From positions 20,697 to 84,696 of the forward strand of contig CANEYR010000005.1 of assembly GCA_947444055.1 (NCBI GenBank): a stretch of DNA of 64,000 nt. Reading direction: 5' to 3'. The DNA is from Planctomycetota bacterium (GTDB taxonomy: Bacteria; Planctomycetota; UBA1135; UBA2386). The notes under the pieces are model-generated. The model did no database searches. It was not told the origin of the DNA and saw only the letters and a program-made list of their open reading frames with translations. A program made the translations under genes and the position numbers. The number at the start of each line of letters is the position of its first letter. The stretch's first letter is position 1. Below are positions 1-7,895 of the stretch, in pieces.

Positions 1-111
1 GACTTGGCTGCCGGCTGGCCCATCGAAGAACACGGCGGCACGTTCGCCGGCGCGGCGCAAGAGTCCGGGGAAGTGGCGGCGGAGGGCGGTGACGTCGAGC
101 GGTGCGGTCAT
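1..111 (-). CDS. Cysteine desulfurase-like / class V aminotransferase, 5' part only (runs off window start)
   Basis: Manual translation from ATG at 111: MTAPLDVTALRRHFPGLLRRAGERAAVFFDGPAGSQV. 'R..FP.L...FDGP.G.QV' is the typical N-terminus of this family. Not in the ORF track. Confidence 0.75.
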   Translation of the reverse strand, partial: MTAPLDVTALRRHFPGLLRRAGERAAVFFDGPAGSQV

Positions 112-168
112 GGGGGTGAGGGTAATTGTGGGACGAATGCGTTCGCTACTACGCTGCATCCCTAACCC

Positions 169-1551
169 ATGAGGCCTATGCGTTCCTTGCTACTCGCCAC
201 CTTGGTTCTCGCTGCGGAAGGGGTTCCTGCCCAGGCTACTTGGTCGTTGCTGTATGCGACCAACCCGCCGCCCCGACGATTCCAGCAAACTTTCGCCGTG
301 CACGAAGCCACGGGGAACTGTGTCTCTCTCTTTGGCCAGGATGCATTGACTGGCGCGGTCATGACGCAGGGCTGGAAGTTGCAGGGAACTGCCTGGTCTG
401 TGCTCGCTGGGCCGTTACCGCCTTGGCGGCGACTCCCGATGATGGCATACGACGCATTGAATCAGCGCCTGGTGCTGTTCGGCGGCGTCAGCGCCGGCGG
501 CGCGTTACTCGATGACACGTGGCTCTGGAACGGCACGGTGTGGACGAGCGCGAGCCCCGCGGTGCGGCCGTCGCCGCGTCGGGATGGCGCCATGGCCTTT
601 GACCGCGGACGAGGCCTCATGGTGCTTTTCGGTGGAGTGGACGGCTCCGAGACGCCGCTCGACGACACCTGGGAGTGGAATGGCAGCACATGGCAGCTGC
701 GTGCTCTTGCCGTTCGCCCTCCTGCCCGCTTTGGTTCTTCGTTGGCTTTTGATCCAGTGAACGGCGGCGTGTTGCTGTTTGGCGGGATCGGCCCGGGGGC
801 CCCGCCAGCGACGATCTACGCCGACACATGGTCGTTCCTCGGCACCAGCTGGCTGCAGCGGCAGCCTGCAACACCGCCGGCGTTTCGTGACCATGCAGGA
901 ATGGCGAGCGATCTGTATCGACAGCGCGTTGTGTTGGTAGGCGGATCGTCAACGGACCCGTTCGCCTGGGAATGGAATGGTACGCAGTGGTCGGTGACGT
1001 ACCAGCCGACGCCGGCCCCGCGCATGTGGTTTGGCATGAGTCACGATCCGGGTGCGCGGCGTCTCGTGGTATACGGCGGGACAGTGTGGCTGGCTGGCTA
1101 TTGGTACAGTCTTGACGACACTTGGATCTATCGGACCCCATTGCCCGCCGATGTCGTGCCGTTCGGCAACGGCTGTGTGGGGACGGCGGGAACGCCAATG
1201 CTCGCTGCGGTTCCGTTCGCTTGGCCGTGGCTTGGCGACACCATGCGCAACGTTGTGCAAGCGATCCCGACTGGCGAACCTGGGGCGATTTTCGTATCGA
1301 GTTTCGGGAGCACACCGCCGGTGTCGCTCGGATCGTTTGGAATGCCAGGTTGCGACCTGTTGGTGCCGATGGATGTGGCCGAGTTCCGCGTCGCGGCTGC
1401 CAGTCGCGCGGAGTGGGCGCTTGCGATCCCCAACTCACTAGCGCTTGCTGGGGTCGCATTCCGTCAGCAAGCATTCGTCTTCGACGCGGCTGCCAACAGC
1501 GGTGGTCTGACCGCGAGCAATGCCGTGACGGTGACGCTCGGCATTCGCTGA
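169..1551 (+). CDS. Secreted Kelch-like beta-propeller protein with shared C-terminal domain
   Basis: Signal peptide (ends ...VPAQ); repeated 'LFGG...DTW.WNG..W' Kelch-like motifs; C-terminal domain 'FGNGC...GMPGC...IPNSLALAGVAFRQQA...SNAVTVTLG'. Confidence 0.85.
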   Translation: MRPMRSLLLATLVLAAEGVPAQATWSLLYATNPPPRRFQQTFAVHEATGNCVSLFGQDALTGAVMTQGWKLQGTAWSVLAGPLPPWRRLPMMAYDALNQRLVLFGGVSAGGALLDDTWLWNGTVWTSASPAVRPSPRRDGAMAFDRGRGLMVLFGGVDGSETPLDDTWEWNGSTWQLRALAVRPPARFGSSLAFDPVNGGVLLFGGIGPGAPPATIYADTWSFLGTSWLQRQPATPPAFRDHAGMASDLYRQRVVLVGGSSTDPFAWEWNGTQWSVTYQPTPAPRMWFGMSHDPGARRLVVYGGTVWLAGYWYSLDDTWIYRTPLPADVVPFGNGCVGTAGTPMLAAVPFAWPWLGDTMRNVVQAIPTGEPGAIFVSSFGSTPPVSLGSFGMPGCDLLVPMDVAEFRVAAASRAEWALAIPNSLALAGVAFRQQAFVFDAAANSGGLTASNAVTVTLGIR

Positions 1552-1588
1552 TGGTCGGCGGCTCTTGCGTGCATCTGCGCAAGTGTGC

Positions 1589-2722
1589 CTATGACCACGG
1601 TGGTTGCCGACGACGGAACGGCGCCACCAACTGTCGCCAGAACCCGCGCGGCCCTTTGGCGCCCGCCGCCAGTCCGTAGTGCTCTGGCCAGGCCAGCGGC
1701 GGCAAATGGAACGTGCCGAACAAGCGGTCGAGCCACGGCAGGTGCACTGCGAAGTTGACGTCGATCGGCGCCTTGGCGTGATGCCAGTGATGAAAGCGTG
1801 GCGTCACCAGCCAGCCCTCGAGCCAGCGCAGTCGCCAGGCAACATTGGCGTGCACGAAGGTCGCCTGCGCCGCGATGAACACCAGGTACAGGCCGATCAC
1901 GTGCAGGTGAAAGCCGAGGGCGGCGATGGCCAGAAAGACGAGGGCGCGCGTCAGCAGCGCATCGACGACGTGCAGACGCGAACCCGCCAACCAGTCCATG
2001 GCCTCGGCGGAATGATGGATGGCGTGGAAGCGCCACAAAAACGGCACCTGGTGGCAGGCGCGATGCACCCAGTACTGCGCGACATCGGCGACCACGACGA
2101 TCGCGGCAAACTGCACGACGAACCTCAGCGCCGCGACGTTCGCGCCGAATGACGCCGTCACGCCGGACACCGCGTTGCCAGGCGCCAGTACCAGGAACGT
2201 CGTCAGCTGCACGAGCAGCGCGCTGCTCGCAAACCACGCGAGATCCGTCCACCATTCGGCGCGGAACGTCGGTTGGTCGCGGTGTGGCCACAGCCGTTCC
2301 AGCGGCAAGAACACCGCCGGGTAGAGCAGCAGGTTGAGGGTGAAGACATCGACCGCCAACAGCGACGTGGTGGTGCCGGGGGTGCTGAGGTCCGCCGCGA
2401 ACAACAACAGGGTGCCACCGAGTGCCGCACTGCCGAGGGCCACGACACCGAGCGTCTTCTTGCGCCGCAACCACAGCGACAACGTGGCCAGCGCCGTCGC
2501 GACGGCCAGGGCGGCGACGACCCACGTGCGCAGATTCGCCGGGTAGTGGTCGCGCAACGCGGGCGTCGTCAAAGCCTGCGGCCACACGAGGCACGCGGCC
2601 GCAGCTAACCCTGCGAGACCCACGATGGCGCCGATGGTGCCGCTCAGCCAGCCGCTGCCCAAACGCTGCGGCTCCTGGGTCAGCAGCAAGTGCGAGGTTG
2701 TTCGCTCGCGGTCACTCGACAT
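1589..2722 (-). CDS. Sterol desaturase / fatty acid hydroxylase family membrane protein
   Basis: His boxes HRACH, HAIHH, HAN, HHWHH; several transmembrane segments. Confidence 0.9.
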   Translation of the reverse strand: MSSDRERTTSHLLLTQEPQRLGSGWLSGTIGAIVGLAGLAAAACLVWPQALTTPALRDHYPANLRTWVVAALAVATALATLSLWLRRKKTLGVVALGSAALGGTLLLFAADLSTPGTTTSLLAVDVFTLNLLLYPAVFLPLERLWPHRDQPTFRAEWWTDLAWFASSALLVQLTTFLVLAPGNAVSGVTASFGANVAALRFVVQFAAIVVVADVAQYWVHRACHQVPFLWRFHAIHHSAEAMDWLAGSRLHVVDALLTRALVFLAIAALGFHLHVIGLYLVFIAAQATFVHANVAWRLRWLEGWLVTPRFHHWHHAKAPIDVNFAVHLPWLDRLFGTFHLPPLAWPEHYGLAAGAKGPRGFWRQLVAPFRRRQPPWS

Positions 2723-2928
2723 GGCGGGCAGGGTATTCGCCCGATGCCTTGGCGAACACCTCGGCCGCGGCTAGGCAGACAAGCCCCGCAGGCCAAGGCG
2801 GCGCCGGTCGAGGGCTCTCAGGATGAAGCGGAGGTGGTGACCACGGTGGCCGTTGGCGCCACAGGCCGCTACTCTGCTTCGCCCGCAAACTTGCCAACGA
2901 GGAGCGCGCCGCCCGGCGCCGCGACACC

Positions 2929-5031
2929 ATGGGACTGTTCGATTTTTTGAAGAAGAAGCCGGTCGACGGCGCCGCCGCTGATCCGAAGCCCACTCCAGCC
3001 CCGGCGTCGGCGGCAGTACCGGTCAGTGCAGCGAGTCCAGCCCCTGCTGCCGCACCGCCAGCGACGCCAACGACACCAGCGACGCCAGCCGCCGGGGCCC
3101 CGGCGGCAGCGACTGCGGCGAATGCCAATGCAGCGCCCACCACTGGCCCGGCCAAACCAGAGTTGCCAGCGTTTGTCGAGGCGATGGACGCCTTCGGCCG
3201 CCGCGTGCGCATTCCTCGCGAGGAGTACCGTTCGCGAGTGTTGCCCGACTTGCTGAAGACGCATGGCAGCAACGCCGACCAACTCGTAGGTGTCATCCTG
3301 CAAGCGCTGCGCGATGGGCTCGCTGCCGATGTGATGCCAGCCGCCATGCGGTTGACGGTCGTCGACAAGGACATCGAACGCGCGCTGTCGATTCTCGCGG
3401 TCGTGCAACGCGATGCGGGCGAACTCGATTCTGCCGAAGGCACGTTGAAGGAACTGCAGCAGAAGCGGCCCGCGTCGCCCGCCGCCAAGGTTGGGCTCGG
3501 CATGCTCGCGGCGCAGCGTGGTGATGTGGAGAAGGGCGAGGCCCTGATGTGGCAGGCGCTGCAAATGGACAGCAACCACGCCGATGCCGTGCATGGCTAC
3601 TTGCAGCTGCGCCATCGCGCCGTTGGCGATCCCGGGTATCGCGCCGAGGTCGAGAAGGTCGCGGCCTTGCCGGGAGCGTGGCGCGGGCCGTTGTGGTTGG
3701 CGCGCCACATGGTGCAAACGGGCGAGGCAGAAGAAGCGACCGCGATCTATCGCGAAGTGTTGGGGCGGGCTGCGAACGAACAGGACGCGTTGGTGATGGC
3801 GAGCGCCGATCTCGTGCAGCAGCACCGGCCTGAGTTGGTGGCGGAACTGATCGTGCCGCGCTTTGTCGCGGGCCGTCACCACCCGCACGTCGGCATCGCC
3901 TTGCTGCACCACTTCGTGCAGACCCAGGATCACGCGGCGGGCGCCGCCTTGCTGCACCAGATGTACCTGCACTACGGCCACATGGTCGGTGGCGAATTGC
4001 AGCCGTTCACCGGTGAGTTCGATCGCTTGCGGTTGGCGACGTTGCCGCCGCCAGCACCGTTGCCCAGCAATTCGCGCATCGGGCTCTACCGCTTGGATCG
4101 CCCGATCTGGTTCGCGGGCCTCGAAGACCCGACCTGGTTGCTGCCACCCAAGACCGCGGGTGCGAAGTCGGTGTTGTTCATGGCGCTCGCCGTCGATGGC
4201 CAGCCGAGTCTGCCGCCAGGACGCGAAGATGAACTCGGTCGTCTGACGCGCAGCCTGCCGTTGTTCCTCGCGGAGCACGCTTGGTTGTCGACCCCGCATC
4301 GCGGCACCGCGGTGTTGCCGATGGCGGAGCAAGGTGGGTGGGCGATCATGGGGCGGCCGTGGCCCGAAGAGCAGTTGGTGCAACAAGTGCCGGCTGGCGA
4401 CCGCAAGGACACACTGCTCGTCACCGGCGTGCTGCGGGTCGATGGCGAGACGCGCCGCATCGACTTGTGGGTGTTCGATTGTGGCACCATGCAGCGCGTT
4501 GGCCACGCCGCGGCGGAAGGCACGATGGCAGATCTGGGCCGCATGTTGTTGCAGTTGATGGCCGAACTGTGGCCATCGCTGGGTGGGCCGGCTGGCCACA
4601 AGCCGCCGGTTGGCGACGAGGCGTTCTGGCATCGCTACAGCGATGGGCTCGGCCAGCATGCAGCGTTGGTCGTCACGCAAGCGGGCGGCATGGCGAAGGA
4701 ACGGCTCTACGGTGAGCGCTACATCACGCAGTGGTTGCAGACTGTGGCGCTGCAAGAGACGCGCTGGCAACCGGGCTTTTGGCTGCTGGCGTCAGCGATG
4801 GGTGTGCTGCACCAACTCGGGTCGCCGGTGCCAAAAGAGCACGCGCGCATTCTGGCCGAGGTGTTCCGGCAATCGCCGCCGAACAGTGCGTTCGCGCGGT
4901 TGGCGGTGCGGCCGTTGCGCGCCTGTGGGCTCGATGCCGTTTGGCAGGCGCGTCGCGGTGAGATCCTCGCCGCGGCCGGCAGTGATCCGGCTTACACCGC
5001 CTGGTTGCAGCGGGCTGAAGCCGCGAAGTAG
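2929..5031 (+). CDS. TPR-containing protein of unknown function
   Basis: RBS-like gaggag upstream; N-terminal MGLFDFLKKK, Pro/Ala linker, TPR-like helices ('LGMLAAQRGDVEKGEALMWQALQMDSNHADA'). Confidence 0.75.
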   Translation: MGLFDFLKKKPVDGAAADPKPTPAPASAAVPVSAASPAPAAAPPATPTTPATPAAGAPAAATAANANAAPTTGPAKPELPAFVEAMDAFGRRVRIPREEYRSRVLPDLLKTHGSNADQLVGVILQALRDGLAADVMPAAMRLTVVDKDIERALSILAVVQRDAGELDSAEGTLKELQQKRPASPAAKVGLGMLAAQRGDVEKGEALMWQALQMDSNHADAVHGYLQLRHRAVGDPGYRAEVEKVAALPGAWRGPLWLARHMVQTGEAEEATAIYREVLGRAANEQDALVMASADLVQQHRPELVAELIVPRFVAGRHHPHVGIALLHHFVQTQDHAAGAALLHQMYLHYGHMVGGELQPFTGEFDRLRLATLPPPAPLPSNSRIGLYRLDRPIWFAGLEDPTWLLPPKTAGAKSVLFMALAVDGQPSLPPGREDELGRLTRSLPLFLAEHAWLSTPHRGTAVLPMAEQGGWAIMGRPWPEEQLVQQVPAGDRKDTLLVTGVLRVDGETRRIDLWVFDCGTMQRVGHAAAEGTMADLGRMLLQLMAELWPSLGGPAGHKPPVGDEAFWHRYSDGLGQHAALVVTQAGGMAKERLYGERYITQWLQTVALQETRWQPGFWLLASAMGVLHQLGSPVPKEHARILAEVFRQSPPNSAFARLAVRPLRACGLDAVWQARRGEILAAAGSDPAYTAWLQRAEAAK

Positions 5032-5055
5032 GGCGCCACAGCAGGCGCCACAGCA
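5032..5055. repeat. 12-bp tandem duplication (GGCGCCACAGCA)x2
   Basis: Exact duplication directly after the TAG of the TPR gene, between convergent genes. Confidence 0.8.
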
Positions 5056-5059
5056 GTGC

Positions 5060-6637
5060 TCAGAGTGGCGGCAAGCCACCGCACATCGCTGCCAGCAGCG
5101 TGACCAGCGGCCGCCCGCTCGGCCGCCCGTGCTGCCAATCGCCGCCTTCGACGCCGCTGCCACCGATGTCGATGTGTGTGAACGGCATCGGCAGCGCGCT
5201 GTCGTTGCCGTGTTTGTCGAGACCACTTGCCAAGCACAAGAACGCCATCGGGAACTGGTGCCCGCGCGCGGTGCCTGAGCTCGGCAGGTTGTTGCACGAC
5301 AGCGTGTCGTCGGCCTGGCTGCGCGGTTGCACGAAGTCGAAGTCTTCGCGGCGCAGGCGCGAGCATTCGAACGGATCGCCAACGGCGTCGCCGACCTGCA
5401 TCAGCGTGGTCGCGGTCGCCGTCGCGCGCGCCGGACCATTGTCGAGCGCGATGTTGTAAGGACCGACGGCTCGCCCGGCGTGACCGGTCAACGTCGCCAC
5501 CGACAACACATGCGGCGCATCGGCGCGCGCCGCATCGACGCGCAAGTGACTGAGCAAGTCAGCGAGCACGAGACGACCTTCGGCATCGGTGTTGCCGATG
5601 CGTACGCGACAGCCGGCGTGGCTGGTGATGATCTCGTCGCTGACGAAGGCATCGCTGCCGATGCTGTTGCGTACGACGCCGAGCTCGGCGATCAGATGCA
5701 CACCGCGCAGCCCGAGCTTGGATGCGGTCAAGAACAGTCCGGCGATGGCGGCGGCACCACCCTTGTCGCGGCTCATGCCAGCCATGTGGCCATCGGTCTT
5801 GAGATCGGCGCCACCGGTGTCGTAGGTCAGGCCCTTGCCGGCGAACAACAACGTGCGCGTAATCGCGCCCTTCGGTTTGTACTCGAGCCGAACGACGCAC
5901 GGTCGGTGCCGCGCGACGCCGAGCGAGGCGCGCGCCACCGCCATCAGCAGCGGGTACTCCAAGCGCAGCGTCTTCTCGTTCTTCTGGATCGCGACCTTCA
6001 CCTTGCTGCCGCGAAACGCTTGCTGAACGAACGCCGCGAACAAGGGGGGCGCCATGCGTTCTGGGTTGGTGCCGCTGAGATCGCGCGCGAGGCGCAGGCC
6101 GCTGGCGGTGGCTTCGACCCACTTCGCGGCGGCGTCCGAAAAGGTGCCGCCGAGCACGGCGACGGCGATCTTCTGCACGGGTTCGACTTTGGCCTCGCCC
6201 AACGCTTCGCGCGCTTCGAGTGGTTGCCACAGACCACTGACGGCGCCAAGTGCCGCGGTGGTGGCGGCGTGTTGGAAGGGCGCGCTCATCGGTGGCGTTT
6301 GCACCAGCAGCAGGATCGCTGTGGCGCCGGCATCGCGCGCGCGGCGTACGCCCGCACTCGCGGCCTCGGCGTAGCGGCGCACGTCATCGTGGTCGCGGGT
6401 CAGGGGACCGGTGGGGGCGACGACGAGGCGGCCGCCCGCGAGGTGTTCGGCGGCGACCAGATTGACGGCGCTGCCACACTTCGCATCGGCCTTGGCGAGC
6501 GCGCGCAAGGGCGCTTGCAGCAGCTCGAGATGGCCGGCGGCGCCGGTTGGGGTGTGGGCAACAAGCACGACGGCGTCGAAGCCGGAGCCTTTGGCGGCCG
6601 CCTTGTCGATGGCGGGCACAGCGAGAATGCGAATCAT
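5060..6637 (-). CDS. Leucyl aminopeptidase (peptidase M17)
   Basis: GKGLTYDTGG, MSRDKGG, NTDAEGRL and ATLTG motifs; probable start MIRILAV at 6637, since the longer ORF overlaps the divergent Rpn gene. Confidence 0.92.
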   Translation of the reverse strand: MIRILAVPAIDKAAAKGSGFDAVVLVAHTPTGAAGHLELLQAPLRALAKADAKCGSAVNLVAAEHLAGGRLVVAPTGPLTRDHDDVRRYAEAASAGVRRARDAGATAILLLVQTPPMSAPFQHAATTAALGAVSGLWQPLEAREALGEAKVEPVQKIAVAVLGGTFSDAAAKWVEATASGLRLARDLSGTNPERMAPPLFAAFVQQAFRGSKVKVAIQKNEKTLRLEYPLLMAVARASLGVARHRPCVVRLEYKPKGAITRTLLFAGKGLTYDTGGADLKTDGHMAGMSRDKGGAAAIAGLFLTASKLGLRGVHLIAELGVVRNSIGSDAFVSDEIITSHAGCRVRIGNTDAEGRLVLADLLSHLRVDAARADAPHVLSVATLTGHAGRAVGPYNIALDNGPARATATATTLMQVGDAVGDPFECSRLRREDFDFVQPRSQADDTLSCNNLPSSGTARGHQFPMAFLCLASGLDKHGNDSALPMPFTHIDIGGSGVEGGDWQHGRPSGRPLVTLLAAMCGGLPPL

Positions 6638-6764
6638 CGCCGCATCGTGCTGGCTGGTTGTGCGCGCTGCAACAGCGGTGAAGGTGCGGTGCGGTGCGGT
6701 GGACGCGGAAGATTTCGCGGTGAAGTGCCACCGATCGCCGCTGCCGCGACCCATTGCACTTTGC

Positions 6765-7796
6765 ATGGTCCTGATCCGTTCCCACGATGCGTTGTTCCGG
6801 TTCGTCTTCGGCGAGCCGGAGCAGCTTGCTGAGCTGTTGCGCAGCCATTTGCCGCCCGCGATCGCTTTGGCGATCGACTGGAGCACCCTGCGTCGCATCG
6901 ATGGCAGCTTCGTCGACAGCGCGTTGCAGGAGCGGCAGACCGATCTGTTGTTTGAAGCCTGGATGGGCAGCGTGCGCATCCTGATTTACGTCGTGGTCGA
7001 TCACAAGTCGGCGGACGATCGGTTCACGTCGCTGCAGATGGCGCGCTACGTCGTGCGTGTGCTCGACCAGTGGCTCATGGCGCATCCGGAAGCCAAGCTG
7101 TTGCCGTTCGTCTTGCCTTTCGTCGTGCACCATGGGGAGCGGCCGTGGAGCGCCCCGCGCACCTTGCGCGACCTGTTCGACTTTGCAGGATGCAGCCAGC
7201 AGGTCGCGAGCTTCTTGGCGCCCTTGCAGTTGGACCTACGGTTCCATCTCGATGACTTGGCGGGCTCCACGGAAGCCGACTTGGACGATCGCCGACTCTC
7301 CGCCGTCAGCGACCTGACGCTGCGGTTCCTGCAGTTCTTGCGGCGGCGTTCGCCCGAGGACGCTGCCAACGACATCGTGCGCTGGCAGCATCTGGTGGTG
7401 AAGTTGCTAGAGCATGGGCGCGGGCAAGATGTCATGCTGGCGCTATTCTCGTGGTTCTTGGCCGGAGCCCCGGCCAGCCACGAAACCCTGCGCACTGTCA
7501 TGGCCCAAATTTACGAGGAGAACCTACCGATGCGAAGTGCACTCGATCTGTTGCTCGACATGGGGCATGAGCGTGGGCTGCAGGCTGGTGTGCAGCAGGG
7601 CGTGCAACAAGGCGTGCAACAAGGCATGTTGACCGCCCTGCGCGGTCTGCTGCACGAGCAACTGCGCGGTCGTTTTGGCCCGTTGCCGCTGCCCGTGAGT
7701 CAGCACCTAGACGCTTGCGACGTCCCTCTCCTGCAGCGTTATGGGCAACGCGTGCTGTCGGCGCAGAGCCTCGACCAAGTCTTCGCGGCGGACTGA
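6765..7796 (+). CDS. Rpn family (YhgA-like, PD-(D/E)XK) recombination-promoting nuclease / putative transposase
   Basis: 'HDALFRFVF', 'SFVD..L.ERQTDLLF', 'YVVVDHKS', 'LPFVVHHGERPW' and C-terminal GxxQ repeats followed by 'RFGPLP'. Confidence 0.9.
   Translation: MVLIRSHDALFRFVFGEPEQLAELLRSHLPPAIALAIDWSTLRRIDGSFVDSALQERQTDLLFEAWMGSVRILIYVVVDHKSADDRFTSLQMARYVVRVLDQWLMAHPEAKLLPFVLPFVVHHGERPWSAPRTLRDLFDFAGCSQQVASFLAPLQLDLRFHLDDLAGSTEADLDDRRLSAVSDLTLRFLQFLRRRSPEDAANDIVRWQHLVVKLLEHGRGQDVMLALFSWFLAGAPASHETLRTVMAQIYEENLPMRSALDLLLDMGHERGLQAGVQQGVQQGVQQGMLTALRGLLHEQLRGRFGPLPLPVSQHLDACDVPLLQRYGQRVLSAQSLDQVFAAD
7530..7796 (+). CDS. Putative intragenic small Rpn product (Rpn-S-like antitoxin, 88 aa)
   Basis: In-frame ATG at 7530 preceded by GAGGAG (7515-7520); encodes MRSALDLLLDMGHERG(GVQQ)n...; matches the known internal-start architecture of Rpn genes. 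Confidence 0.6.
   Translation: MRSALDLLLDMGHERGLQAGVQQGVQQGVQQGMLTALRGLLHEQLRGRFGPLPLPVSQHLDACDVPLLQRYGQRVLSAQSLDQVFAAD
7587..7625 (+). repeat. 12-bp coding tandem repeat (GVQQ)x3 in Rpn C-terminus
   Basis: ggtgtgcagcag ggcgtgcaacaa ggcgtgcaacaa ggc. Confidence 0.85.
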
Positions 7797-7895
7797 CCGC
7801 ACGGGATCGCGCCGGCGAGTTTTCGCGCGGTGGCGTTCCTTCGCTGTGACCTTGGTCCGTAGCATGCCGCCTCGATCCAAAGACGAATCAGGCCC

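Noticed and set aside
2869-4770. Long antisense and alternate-frame ORFs (e.g. 2869-4770, 33783-36239, 49968-52076, 52572-54725)
   Set aside because: Shadow ORFs expected at high GC; they overlap well-supported genes and show no motifs.
6411-6979. Long overlapping N-terminal extensions of the M17 peptidase and Rpn ORFs
   Set aside because: Recognisable family sequence begins at 6637 (minus) and 6765 (plus); the extensions are ORF-caller artefacts.
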